Source: an uncultured Methanosarcinales archaeon (GTDB taxonomy: Archaea; Nanobdellota; Nanobdellia; Woesearchaeales; GW2011-AR9). From it: 53,172 nt of DNA. Location of the stretch: positions 1 to 53,172 of the forward strand of contig CAZRCV010000005.1 in the NCBI GenBank assembly GCA_964598745.1. Direction: 5' to 3'. Shown here one piece after another: positions 30,533 through 39,787 of the stretch (the stretch's first letter is position 1; each line of letters starts with the position of its first letter). A model generated the notes under the pieces. That model saw nothing but the letters and a program-made list of their open reading frames with translations, was not told the origin of the DNA and made no database searches. The position numbers and the translations under genes were made by a program.

Positions 30533-31213
30533 TTATAGGTTTTTAGTTATATCTTTTACATCTACTTCTAATCCGAGAATTTCTGAGTTTATTTTTTCGC
30601 AGGAAGTTTTCATTGAAGCAAGATACGCCTGAAAAGCTGATTTGTTTAAACCAGCTAGAGCAGGGCCATACTTATCCAACTTATCTTTGATATTAGATAA
30701 TTCCTTCTGCATTAATTTATTAAGAGTATCTAACCTGGTTTTCAATGTAGGATTAGAAACAATTACTGGATCCACTTTGGCAATCACATCAGTAACTAAA
30801 GCATCAATGTCTACTACTGTACCTCTAAACTTTTTGGCCTCTTCTAGATAATTAGTTATTTTAGTTTTGTCTGGTGGTGTATTAAATGACTCTCTATGAG
30901 CTTTCTTAATATCTTCATACATTTTGCGATTGTACCTATAGGCCTTCCTTAAAGCCCTGGCCAAAACTCGTTCCAACCCTTTAGCTACTTTTTTCTTTTT
31001 GCTGCTGGGACTGCCCGGCTGAGGTAACTTGCTCTTGGCCAGGTTCCACCACTTACCTAAATAAGATGGTTGGCTGGAAGATGCAGCTCCGGCCTCCTTA
31101 AAAGTAAACCACTTCCAGATCTCGAGGATTAGCATAATAAATATAATAGCTATTCCCCAGTTTACTAACTCTAAAATCCATATGGACATTGCTTCAAAGT
31201 TTAAGGTAACCAT
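30533..31213 (-). CDS. Hypothetical single-TM protein with a basic helical domain
   Basis: N-terminal TM then Lys-rich helices. Confidence 0.7.
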   Translation of the reverse strand: MVTLNFEAMSIWILELVNWGIAIIFIMLILEIWKWFTFKEAGAASSSQPSYLGKWWNLAKSKLPQPGSPSSKKKKVAKGLERVLARALRKAYRYNRKMYEDIKKAHRESFNTPPDKTKITNYLEEAKKFRGTVVDIDALVTDVIAKVDPVIVSNPTLKTRLDTLNKLMQKELSNIKDKLDKYGPALAGLNKSAFQAYLASMKTSCEKINSEILGLEVDVKDITKNL

Positions 31214-31217
31214 TTTT

Positions 31218-31736
31218 CTAAGGCAGGCCTAGTCCAGCTATAGCGAAATTTTTAATTATAATTAGTAAAGCCAATAATAAACCAATAATAGCAACTTTGA
31301 TACCAATCAACCAGCGATTGGTTGAGGGAAGCAGGTATATTACATACAATCCGGCAAATACCGGCACGCCAATTAAGAAAAATGAAACTACTGTGCCATA
31401 AGCTACACCTATCCCCGCCAAAACTCCCTTAGGCATAAATACTGTAGCAATAATAGATAATACCAAGGAAACAGTAATCTGTGTATTTCGTTGCAAACCA
31501 AGCAATCTACTGCCCTCAAACAACAGAGCAAAGACCAAGATGAACACCATTAACCGCATAAATCCAACGGGAGTTTCCGGCCCAAATTGTGTGCCCAAAA
31601 ATCCCAGAGTGCCAACCCAAATTATTTTTTCCCAGATTTCTTTAAGCGTAGGAAGTGTTGCACTACCGCTTTGGCAAGCAGTTAGCAACAAAAACGGCAA
31701 GAACCAAATTCTTCTTACCACATCTTTTAAGTTCAT
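31218..31736 (-). CDS. Hypothetical multi-TM membrane protein with lipobox-like LLTAC
   Basis: About five hydrophobic segments; 4-nt gap to the next gene. Confidence 0.7.
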   Translation of the reverse strand: MNLKDVVRRIWFLPFLLLTACQSGSATLPTLKEIWEKIIWVGTLGFLGTQFGPETPVGFMRLMVFILVFALLFEGSRLLGLQRNTQITVSLVLSIIATVFMPKGVLAGIGVAYGTVVSFFLIGVPVFAGLYVIYLLPSTNRWLIGIKVAIIGLLLALLIIIKNFAIAGLGLP

Positions 31737-31874
31737 ATTCCATTAGAAAGAAACTTTAAAGTTTTAAATGTTTTGTTTTTCCAAGTTTATCAAAATATGA
31801 CTTAACACTCAGTTGCCGTTAAGCAAATCATCTTTCCCAAAACATTTATAAAGAACTAGTTATCCCGGAGAGGC

Positions 31875-32321
31875 ATGACTCATATCTTGGTAGTAAGCCC
31901 GCAAACACTAATTACCCAGGCTGCAGAGGAACTAAAAAACCAACGGTTGGTGGAATTTCCTTCCTGGGCTAAGTTTGTAAAGACTGGCCGCCATAAAGAG
32001 CGGCTGCCGGATAACTTTAATTGGTGGTTTTACCGATCAGCAGCAGTGTTAAGAAGCGTAGCTAAATGTGGTCCTATTGGCACAGAAAAATTAAGAACTA
32101 AATATGGCGGCTTGAAAGGAAGAGGCCACAAGCCAGAAAGATTTTACAAAGGTTCTGGATCGATTATTAGAGAAATTTTACAACAACTAGAGCAATCTGG
32201 TTTAGTCAAACAGGAACAAAAAGGTGTGCACAAAGGCCGAGTGTTAACACCTAAAGGAACTTCCTTTTTAGATAAATTAGCAGTACAAATTTCTAAAAGC
32301 GAGCATAAAGCTTGTAAATAA
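31875..32321 (+). CDS. rps19e: 30S ribosomal protein S19e
   Basis: P.WAKFVKTG.HKER.P...WW..R.A..LR, YGG..R, GSGSIIR..LQQLE. Confidence 0.97.
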   Translation: MTHILVVSPQTLITQAAEELKNQRLVEFPSWAKFVKTGRHKERLPDNFNWWFYRSAAVLRSVAKCGPIGTEKLRTKYGGLKGRGHKPERFYKGSGSIIREILQQLEQSGLVKQEQKGVHKGRVLTPKGTSFLDKLAVQISKSEHKACK

Positions 32322-32336
32322 TTAGTAAGAATTAAC

Positions 32337-32510
32337 ATGACACGCTACAAACATCCTGCCAAGAAAAGACGTTTAATAAAATTAAACAAGCAAACTAAAT
32401 GGGCGCCCTTTTGGACTGTGTTTAAAGTCTATGGCAAAGGCCGGAGAGTTCATCCATCTAGGCATACGGAAGTAAAACGCAGTTGGCGGCGCGGCAAAAC
32501 TAAAGTATAA
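32337..32510 (+). CDS. rpl39e: 50S ribosomal protein L39e (57 aa, absent from the ORF track)
   Basis: MTRYKHPAKKRRLIKLNKQTKWAPFW...HP...KRSWRR; conserved position between S19e and L31e. Confidence 0.9.
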   Translation: MTRYKHPAKKRRLIKLNKQTKWAPFWTVFKVYGKGRRVHPSRHTEVKRSWRRGKTKV

Positions 32511-32512
32511 AT

Positions 32513-32944
32513 ATGGCTAAAAACGAAGCAAAAATAATTGAAAGAACTTATAATATTCCTTTACGAAGAGAATACTTAAAAGCGCCGCGTTGGAATAGAA
32601 CTAAAAAAGCGGTTAGAGCATTAAGACAATTCTTGGTTAAGCACATGAAATCACCGGATGTAAGATTAGGCGTTCAATTAAACCAAGAATTATGGAAGCA
32701 TGGAATTCGGAATCCACCTCATCATATCAAAGTTTTAGCCTCCAAGACTAAAGAAGGAGTGGTAACTGCAGAATTATTTGGCGTGAAGAAAAAAGAACCT
32801 TCAGTTAAAGCAAAACCAATCGATTCTAAGATCTCCAAAACAGAAAAAAAGCCGGCAGAAACAGCAGTGCAAGAAGAACAACCCTTAGAAGCAAACATGG
32901 AAAAGAAAAGTAAAATTGCCGTAAGCAAAAAACAGAAAGAATAA
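32513..32944 (+). CDS. rpl31e: 50S ribosomal protein L31e with a charged C-terminal extension
   Basis: ER.YNIPLR, RTKKAV..LR.F..KHMK, LN..LW..GI..PP..I.V. Confidence 0.96.
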   Translation: MAKNEAKIIERTYNIPLRREYLKAPRWNRTKKAVRALRQFLVKHMKSPDVRLGVQLNQELWKHGIRNPPHHIKVLASKTKEGVVTAELFGVKKKEPSVKAKPIDSKISKTEKKPAETAVQEEQPLEANMEKKSKIAVSKKQKE

Positions 32945-33017
32945 TAACACCCTTTGCTAGCCTGATTGATTCTTAAGTTGTTTATCAAAATTCTTTTTAG
33001 AAAATCTTTTAACTGTC

Positions 33018-33971
33018 ATGAAAAAAATACTATTTATGGATCGACAAATATTTATAAAGAAAGAAGAACCGGGCGTATTTGGACAATATCCCCTGGAACG
33101 AACTACTGAGGAATTAATCAATTATGGAATTGTTAACATTGACAAACCTAAAGGCCCAACTTCTCACCAGTTAGCTGATTTTGTAAAAAAGATCCTTAAA
33201 ATTTCCAAATCTGGCCATTCTGGAACTCTCGACCCGCAGGTGACAGGAGTGCAACCGGTAGCTCTAGGCAGAGCTACCAAGATCACTCAATTCTTTTTGA
33301 CTGCGCCAAAAGAATACATTTGTTTAATGCATCTGCATAAACCAGTGCCAGAAGAAACACTGAGAAAAGCAACCAATACATTCCTTGGAAAGATACAACA
33401 ATTGCCTCCGATTAAAAGCTCAGTTAAGCGACAGCTAAGAACCAGGGAAATCTATGAATTTAAACTGTTGGAAATTGAACAGCAAGAGGTGCTATTTAGA
33501 GTTAAATGCCAGGCTGGAACTTATATCCGAAAATTAGTGCATGATCTAGGGCAGCAACTGAAAGTAGGAGCTCACATGGCTGAACTAAGAAGAACCCACG
33601 CTGGACCATTCAGTGAAAAAGATAACTTGGTTACTTTAGATGATCTGCAAGATGCATATTATTTTTATAACGAAGAAGGCAACGACAAATACCTACGTTA
33701 CTGTATCCAACCAATTGAAAACGCTTTAAAACACCTACCCCAATGCTGGATTATTGATAGCGCTATAGTTAGTTTAACCCACGGCCGAGATTTAGCCATT
33801 CCTGGAATCAGCAAACTGGAAGAATTCAATCCAGGAGAATTTGTAGCAATACTAACTTTAAAGGGAGAATTGGTGGCTATTGGTAATTCCTTGCTCTCTA
33901 CTTCTGAAATTAATAAGCAAAACCATGGTTTAGCGATAAAGGTAAGTAAAGTATTTATGGAAGCGCAATAG
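33018..33971 (+). CDS. cbf5: RNA-guided pseudouridine synthase Cbf5 (TruB family)
   Basis: DKPKGPTSHQ, GHSGTLDP, Q.PP..S.VKR.LR.R, GTYIRKL.HD, PUA domain. Confidence 0.96.
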   Translation: MKKILFMDRQIFIKKEEPGVFGQYPLERTTEELINYGIVNIDKPKGPTSHQLADFVKKILKISKSGHSGTLDPQVTGVQPVALGRATKITQFFLTAPKEYICLMHLHKPVPEETLRKATNTFLGKIQQLPPIKSSVKRQLRTREIYEFKLLEIEQQEVLFRVKCQAGTYIRKLVHDLGQQLKVGAHMAELRRTHAGPFSEKDNLVTLDDLQDAYYFYNEEGNDKYLRYCIQPIENALKHLPQCWIIDSAIVSLTHGRDLAIPGISKLEEFNPGEFVAILTLKGELVAIGNSLLSTSEINKQNHGLAIKVSKVFMEAQ

Positions 33972-33982
33972 AGTCTTAAAAA

Positions 33983-34105
33983 ATGGTACTTCTCAAGTGT
34001 GGATGTCAAGTAACTGAACGAGGAAAGTTTATTGTCAGCCAGCATTGTCAAGAAGCTCGATGCCGGATTTGCCTGGCTTTAGAAAATAGCCATCCTTTCA
34101 ATTAA
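33983..34105 (+). CDS. Small 40-aa Cys-rich protein MVLLKCGCQVTERGKFIVSQHCQEARCRICLALENSHPFN (absent from the ORF track)
   Basis: ATG 11 nt after the cbf5 stop; five Cys (CGC, C, CxxC) plus His; fills the gap. Confidence 0.55.
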   Translation: MVLLKCGCQVTERGKFIVSQHCQEARCRICLALENSHPFN

Positions 34106-34149
34106 AAATTGGATAAGAAACAGAAATAACTTCACCAGAAATTCTTAGA

Positions 34150-34749
34150 TTATTTCAGCTCAATAACCATTCCATTACAGCCAGGATTAACTATTTTAGT
34201 GGTATCGATCTTGTCAATAACATTAAATGTTTCATGAAGATGACCCGAAATAGACAGCTTAGGTTTCATACGCTTAATGAACTTAGTGTAATCTTTGTTG
34301 CCAACAGGGCCTACCTCCAACAAATCAAGTTTGGTGCCAAAGGGCGGCATATGATGTATGAACACAGTTTTTTCTTGCTTTAATCGGCCATACCATTCAC
34401 GAGCAATCTTCCTAAATCTTGGATCTTCCATGGCAAAGCCGCCGCCGCCATAACCTAGAAAATAATAATTTCCAACCTGTATTGATTTTAAGTGAAGATT
34501 GATCCAGTGTTCATATGCAGAAACCATCTCTGCAAAACTTTCTTCCGGCTCTTCATGGTTTCCGTGAACAACATAAACCGGCTTGCCGATTTGGTTAAAG
34601 GCATTAAGAGTGTTTTTTAAGCCACGCCTGAAATTAGAAATATCCCCACAACAAACTAAAAAATCAATGTCACCTTGTTTACCACGATTAACTAGGTTAG
34701 CAATAGTCCGCTGATCTTCATGAACATCCGTAAAGGCAAGAAACCTCAT
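34150..34749 (-). CDS. Icc-like metallophosphoesterase
   Basis: DVH, CGD, GNHE, HH.PP, SGHLHE, NPG. Confidence 0.9.
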   Translation of the reverse strand: MRFLAFTDVHEDQRTIANLVNRGKQGDIDFLVCCGDISNFRRGLKNTLNAFNQIGKPVYVVHGNHEEPEESFAEMVSAYEHWINLHLKSIQVGNYYFLGYGGGGFAMEDPRFRKIAREWYGRLKQEKTVFIHHMPPFGTKLDLLEVGPVGNKDYTKFIKRMKPKLSISGHLHETFNVIDKIDTTKIVNPGCNGMVIELK

Positions 34750-34777
34750 GGCATCTCCAACATAAGCAAAATTTAGT

Positions 34778-35446
34778 TTATACTGTACTTACAGATGACT
34801 CTAAATGATTATTATCTGAAACTTCTTTGGATTCGCTGACTTCAGTGACAGTAGCAGAAACCGGTTGAGAGCAAAGAGACAATTTTCTGATAGCAACTTC
34901 TTTTAAAGGGTAAATTTTAGCCAGTCTTTTCCTAGCTGGCTGCTGTATTTTGCTAGCAACAACATTGCCAAATACAACATCAAAATTATTTTTTTGAAAT
35001 TCATCTGATAATATTTCTTTTAAACCATTACGCAGACTTACTTGTATAGAACGAGGCACCTTATGAAGGGTAAGCATCAACGTTTTTACTACGACCTGCT
35101 TTCCATCTTTGGTAGTAAAGCTAAAGTAATCATCTAACCTATTACTGTTTTTTTTCACCATTCGTTTTATTGAAGCTGGAGTTAATTCATAACCAATATG
35201 AGCCGTTTCTAGAATTGTGCCGTGCCATTTAACTATTTTAAACGAAACGTAAGCATTCTGATCGCGCAAGTTTCCAGTAAGATCTTTAAGATTTACTTTT
35301 AAACAACGCCCTTGAGCCTCGGAAGCAGAACCAAGATAAGATTCTCCTATTTCTTTTTTAACGAAAACAGGAGTGGATAAAATCTTATGCCAGAGTTTCT
35401 TTCTGGTTTTAATCCGGCTTACTTTCTTTTGTTCATTCTTAGCCAT
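34778..35446 (-). CDS. rps3ae: 30S ribosomal protein S3Ae (eS1)
   Basis: K.W..I..P.F...IG, L.DLTG, YEL...IKRMV...R.DD, KIYPL....IRK. Confidence 0.92.
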   Translation of the reverse strand: MAKNEQKKVSRIKTRKKLWHKILSTPVFVKKEIGESYLGSASEAQGRCLKVNLKDLTGNLRDQNAYVSFKIVKWHGTILETAHIGYELTPASIKRMVKKNSNRLDDYFSFTTKDGKQVVVKTLMLTLHKVPRSIQVSLRNGLKEILSDEFQKNNFDVVFGNVVASKIQQPARKRLAKIYPLKEVAIRKLSLCSQPVSATVTEVSESKEVSDNNHLESSVSTV

Positions 35447-35529
35447 TGGTAATTTCCAAACGAATAGGTTATTTATAAAGGTTTGTGTATTGTTTAGAAT
35501 AAAATAGTTTAAGCGTATTTAATTAAAAG

Positions 35530-35671
35530 TGGACCTGCCCAGATTTGAATTCCCCAAATCCAGCTGTTGCCAGCGGGGTTTGCTGGGGATCTTCTCGATT
35601 ATGCGCTTAGCCAGCTCGTCAACGAGATGTCATTTATGGCACTTAACGTGTAGCCACTAGACCACAGGTCC
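35530..35671 (-). tRNA. tRNA-Val(GAC) with three introns: D-loop (35634-35651, 18 nt), anticodon loop (35599-35616, 18 nt) and T-arm 53/54 (35550-35582, 33 nt)
   Basis: Splicing gives the 73-nt GGACCTGTGGTCTAGTGGCTATGACATCTCGTTGACGTCGAGAAGATCCCCAGTTCAAATCTGGGCAGGTCCA; BHB motifs at the junctions. Confidence 0.85.
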
Positions 35672-35863
35672 GCTCAGGGCTAGCCGCCCGCAGTTATTTA
35701 TTAAAGTTTTGTTTCTCGTCAGATAAGGCCAAATTCAGCATAAATTTTATAAACAGCAGACTATTTTAAACTTAATTCGAGAGACGCATCGGCTTATGTT
35801 GTTAACTATGGCTTGTGCGTACTGGAGATGGGCAACAGAGCTTCTTCTCCGAGGTTTATTATC

Positions 35864-36316
35864 ATGGCACGAATGCATTCACGGCGTAAAGGAAAAAGTG
35901 GCAGTAAAATTCCACCTAAACGTATTCCCAGTTGGGCGCCTTACAAAGGCAAAGAAGTGGAAAAACTAATTCCCAAGCTGGCTAAAACTGGAAAATCCAG
36001 CAGTGAAATTGGTCTTATTCTCCGAGATTGTTACGGAATAAACAGTGTTAAAGCCCTCACCGGTAAAAAAGTAACAGCTATCCTGAAAGAACAAGAACTA
36101 TCTCGTTCCTTGCCAGAAGACATCTTATCTTTAATTAAACGGCTAATTACTGTTAAAACACACCTAGAAAAAAACAAACAAGATCAAACTGCTAAGCGCG
36201 GGTTGATTTTAACTAGTTCCAAAATCCGGCGATTAGTTAAATATTACAAACGGATAGGCAGACTTGAACCGGAGTGGAATCTGGATATGGATAGGCTAAA
36301 AATATACTTAGAATAA
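35864..36316 (+). CDS. rps15: 30S ribosomal protein S15 (uS15/S13e); true start MARMH at 35864
   Basis: MARMHSRRKGKSGS, S.IG..LRD.YG, PED, N..D..AKRGL....SKIRRL.KYY. Confidence 0.97.
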   Translation: MARMHSRRKGKSGSKIPPKRIPSWAPYKGKEVEKLIPKLAKTGKSSSEIGLILRDCYGINSVKALTGKKVTAILKEQELSRSLPEDILSLIKRLITVKTHLEKNKQDQTAKRGLILTSSKIRRLVKYYKRIGRLEPEWNLDMDRLKIYLE

Positions 36317-36342
36317 AAGTAATTTAGAATTTTATTTACAAC

Positions 36343-37464
36343 GTGGTTATGGCAACAAACACGGTAATCGTCCTAAAACATATTGGCATAACAGTTCCTA
36401 GCTCTAGCTTGCCACTAGTTCATGAGGTAGCTCATTCTTTGCATTATGAAATTGACCGCGCTGATAAGGGAGCATTTTCACAAAGATGGTTTGAGCGATA
36501 TCGTCGCAACAAAAGTGTAGATTCAGTAAATAACCACTATAGGCCAGCCGCTTTAGAATGGCATCAGCTAAAATTAAGACAGCTGATAGAATGCGGTTCC
36601 ATTGACAGCTATGCTGAATTTGATACCAGTATTGATACTCCTCTTAGAGTTACAACGTCAGGTGAAAAAAAAGAATATATAGCCAAAGATGGATTAACTT
36701 TATTTTATGATAAACAAGAAGTTGCAGCCAGCCCAGAATTGCTATTAGGAACCTTATTAAGAGATAGAAAAAACCTGCCGGAAAAAATGGCCGAAACTTT
36801 ATCTAGGGTCATTTTTGACCCTACAGCCAGCACCGAACATTTTCGCCATCCTGCTGAAGATGTCAGTTCGGGGTATGATAGAATTAGAGAAGATATAGCC
36901 ACACATACAGAAAATTTCACTAGGGCCGCATTATTTCCTAGCAGTAATAGAAGGGAACTGGCTAGAATCAGGACTGAACCAAAATTGAAGTCCAAGGTAG
37001 ATGACCTGGCTGAAACTGGATTTATTAAACCAGAAGTCGCTAATTATCTGTTAGATCCATCTGCGCCTCTCGATGCTTCTTACGGAGCCGGGTGGGCCGT
37101 TGGCACTGTATTTCCCCCGTTCATTGGAATTGTTCCATTCCAATTACCAGCAGATTTAGCTGAATCTGCGAAAGTAGTAACAATAGTCAATCTTGCCAAA
37201 GGTAGAGTTATGGCTAAATTAACTTTAGGTTCGTTGGAGATGTTCAGTGGTACTTCTTATCCTCGTGCATCAGCTTTAGCTCAAGATTTGGCTTATTTTA
37301 TTGGAAGCAGAAGCGATTTGGGAGTTCATTATTTTCTGGTTGGCCCGTCGGCTTGTAGCGATAAAAATAAAGAAAGTGTTTGGTTATACGATCCAGCGAT
37401 TAAAACAACCCGAGATTTGGCTAATTTAGAACAACGAATTCACCAACAATATCTTAGCAGATGA
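36343..37464 (+). CDS. Hypothetical protein
   Basis: 373-aa ORF with no recognised motif. Confidence 0.65.
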   Translation: MVMATNTVIVLKHIGITVPSSSLPLVHEVAHSLHYEIDRADKGAFSQRWFERYRRNKSVDSVNNHYRPAALEWHQLKLRQLIECGSIDSYAEFDTSIDTPLRVTTSGEKKEYIAKDGLTLFYDKQEVAASPELLLGTLLRDRKNLPEKMAETLSRVIFDPTASTEHFRHPAEDVSSGYDRIREDIATHTENFTRAALFPSSNRRELARIRTEPKLKSKVDDLAETGFIKPEVANYLLDPSAPLDASYGAGWAVGTVFPPFIGIVPFQLPADLAESAKVVTIVNLAKGRVMAKLTLGSLEMFSGTSYPRASALAQDLAYFIGSRSDLGVHYFLVGPSACSDKNKESVWLYDPAIKTTRDLANLEQRIHQQYLSR

Positions 37465-37553
37465 TATTATCGCCATTACTTTTTTAACAGGGTAACTTAA
37501 GTTTATATATTTAAAAATTATATTTCTTTAACATTTTCCAATAGGAGATAAAA

Positions 37554-38528
37554 ATGAAAGTATTCATAACTAGAAAAATACCCGGCCCGGGCATTACGCT
37601 ATTAAAAAAGCATTTTGTGGTTAAAGTTTACCCCAAGGATGAAGTTATCTCCCGCCAAGAATTATTAAACGGAGTAAAATGGTGTGATGCTTTGTTATGC
37701 CTAATCACCGATAGAATCGATCAAGAAGTGATTAAGGCTAATACCCAGTTAAAGGTGATTTCTAACTATGCGGTAGGTTATGACAACATCGATGTGAAAT
37801 ATGCTACCCACCGAAAAATCCCCGTGTGCAACACACCCAGCCAGCAGGTTTCCGATGCCGTAGCTGAGCATACTGTTACTTTGTTGTTAGCTTTAGCTAA
37901 AAGGATCCATGAAGGAGATGATTATGTTAGAACTCACCGCTGGAAAAGTTGGGATCCTCAACTGCTGCTGGGAACGCAGGTAACTGGCAAAACTTTAGGA
38001 ATTATTGGCTTAGGCAGGATTGGTTCTGGTGTAGCTGAACGCTGTTCGCACGGAATGGGAATGAAAGTATTGTACCATGATGTAGTCAGATACAAAGATT
38101 TCGAACGGCGCTATAAAGCCAAGAAAGTTTCCTTGCCTTACTTATTGAGAAATTCAGATTTTATTACCCTTCATGTACCACTGCTTAAAACAACTAAGCA
38201 TATTATTGGCGCCAAAGAATTAAAATTAATTAAACCAACTGCTTACTTAATTAATACTTCTCGAGGCTCAGTGGTAGATGAAATTGCCCTAATTAAGTGT
38301 TTGCGAAAACAACAAATTGCCGGCGCCGGCCTGGATGTTTACGAATCTGAACCAAATGTTGATCATCGATTGACTAAACTTTATAATGTTATTTTAACCC
38401 CACATACAGCTTCAGCTACGGTTGAAGTTAGAACGCAAATGAGCTTAGATGCAGCAAATAATATTATTTCGGTGTTATCTGGAAAGAAACCTGAAAAGAT
38501 AGTCAATCCAGAAGTTTATGATGATTAG
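37554..38528 (+). CDS. D-isomer-specific 2-hydroxyacid dehydrogenase (glyoxylate reductase/D-glycerate dehydrogenase type)
   Basis: AVGYDNID, GIIGLGRIG, LINTSRG, GLDVYESEP, TPHTASAT. Confidence 0.93.
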   Translation: MKVFITRKIPGPGITLLKKHFVVKVYPKDEVISRQELLNGVKWCDALLCLITDRIDQEVIKANTQLKVISNYAVGYDNIDVKYATHRKIPVCNTPSQQVSDAVAEHTVTLLLALAKRIHEGDDYVRTHRWKSWDPQLLLGTQVTGKTLGIIGLGRIGSGVAERCSHGMGMKVLYHDVVRYKDFERRYKAKKVSLPYLLRNSDFITLHVPLLKTTKHIIGAKELKLIKPTAYLINTSRGSVVDEIALIKCLRKQQIAGAGLDVYESEPNVDHRLTKLYNVILTPHTASATVEVRTQMSLDAANNIISVLSGKKPEKIVNPEVYDD

Positions 38529-38592
38529 TTTTCTTTAGAAATTTTAAATAACAATAAATAAAATTATAAAAAAATAATTATTAATTAAACTT

Positions 38593-38754
38593 TTACTTCT
38601 TTTTTCCCATAATTCTGAACATAGTAGTTCCGCAATTAGGACACTGGCCTTTCATAGCTCTTCTTTGTACTCCGCCCTTCCCTTTCATGGCTACTTCCTT
38701 GCCATTTTTCATTAGCCGTTTGGCTTTGCACTTTACACAATATGCTTCTGTCAT
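38593..38754 (-). CDS. Small Zn-ribbon protein (DUF5679-like), 53 aa
   Basis: MTEAYCVKCK...G.CPNCGTTMFRI; GAGGTG SD upstream. Confidence 0.8.
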   Translation of the reverse strand: MTEAYCVKCKAKRLMKNGKEVAMKGKGGVQRRAMKGQCPNCGTTMFRIMGKKK

Positions 38755-38933
38755 AATGGACACCTCGAAATCCGTATTTAGAACAAAACTCGCCTGTTCT
38801 AGGCTTTTCAAGAGAGCTTTCCTTAAAAACGTTTCGCAAAATAAGCTTTAATCTGAACTAGTTTGCTTGTTACTAGATAGTAATCCTTATTAGATTTCTG
38901 AACATTTAAATATTCATCATACTGCGGCAGTGC

Positions 38934-39497
38934 ATGCAACAACGCGGGCCATGGAGGATTAAACGAACCACAGCCAAATATAAAAATCCCTGGATTGAAG
39001 TTTATGAACATCAAGTAATCCGCCCCGATGGAAAAGCTGGAATTTATGGAACCATAAAAGCCACTTCTGGATCATTGATTTTGCCTATAGACGATGAAAA
39101 CAATGTTTATTTAGTCCAAGATTACCGCTTCGCTCTTGGTCATGAAAGTATAGAGTTACCTGGTGGAGCTATTGAAAAGGCAGAAGAATCTTTAAGTGCA
39201 GCTCGGCGAGAACTTAAAGAAGAGTTAGGTATTATAGCTAGGCAGTGGATTCCTCTGGGAAAATTCGATCAGTTCACTAGTTCTATTGAATCTATTTCTT
39301 ACTTATTTATAGCCAAAAACTTAACTTTTAGCACAGCAGAAATGGATGGAACAGAACAAATAAAAATGATTAAAGTGCCATTCATTGAAGCAGTAAAAAT
39401 GGTGATGGATGGAAGAATCAGCCATGGAGCTAGCTGCTTATTGATTTTAAAAGCTAAGCAATATTTTAACAATAAATTTCATCATGAAATTAAATAG
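38934..39497 (+). CDS. NUDIX hydrolase (ADP-ribose pyrophosphatase-like)
   Basis: ELPGGAIE..E....AARRELKEELG Nudix box. Confidence 0.92.
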   Translation: MQQRGPWRIKRTTAKYKNPWIEVYEHQVIRPDGKAGIYGTIKATSGSLILPIDDENNVYLVQDYRFALGHESIELPGGAIEKAEESLSAARRELKEELGIIARQWIPLGKFDQFTSSIESISYLFIAKNLTFSTAEMDGTEQIKMIKVPFIEAVKMVMDGRISHGASCLLILKAKQYFNNKFHHEIK

Positions 39498-39517
39498 AAT
39501 GAATATTGAAACAAAAC

Positions 39518-39721
39518 TTAACAGGTCATCCTAATCTCTAAATCACCGGTTCTAATCTTACAAGATTCTTCTAAAGCACGATACTGTGGTTCTAACATTC
39601 TATCCCATTCCTTTATTCTTTCTTTAATTCTAGCTTTTTGCTCTGGTGTTAAACACTTTAATTGTGGAGCATAAACTACTTCTTGGCCAACTTTAAGATT
39701 AGTATATAACTCAGCCATCAT
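39518..39721 (-). CDS. Small hypothetical protein
   Basis: 67-aa ORF filling the gap, AT-rich promoter-like region upstream. Confidence 0.5.
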   Translation of the reverse strand: MMAELYTNLKVGQEVVYAPQLKCLTPEQKARIKERIKEWDRMLEPQYRALEESCKIRTGDLEIRMTC

Positions 39722-39787
39722 TTATTAAAAAAAGGCTAACACATTAATATATTTTTCTAAAACAACACTTTTTTAAACTTTATTTGC

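Noticed and set aside
35599-35620. Alternative anticodon readings (Tyr/Phe) of the triple-intron tRNA by shifting the intron boundaries
   Set aside because: The GTCTAG...ATGAC D-arm, A73, short variable loop and bulge placement fit Val(GAC) best.
35813-35863. TTG-start extension of rps15
   Set aside because: The conserved S15 N-terminus MARMH and an SD point to 35864.
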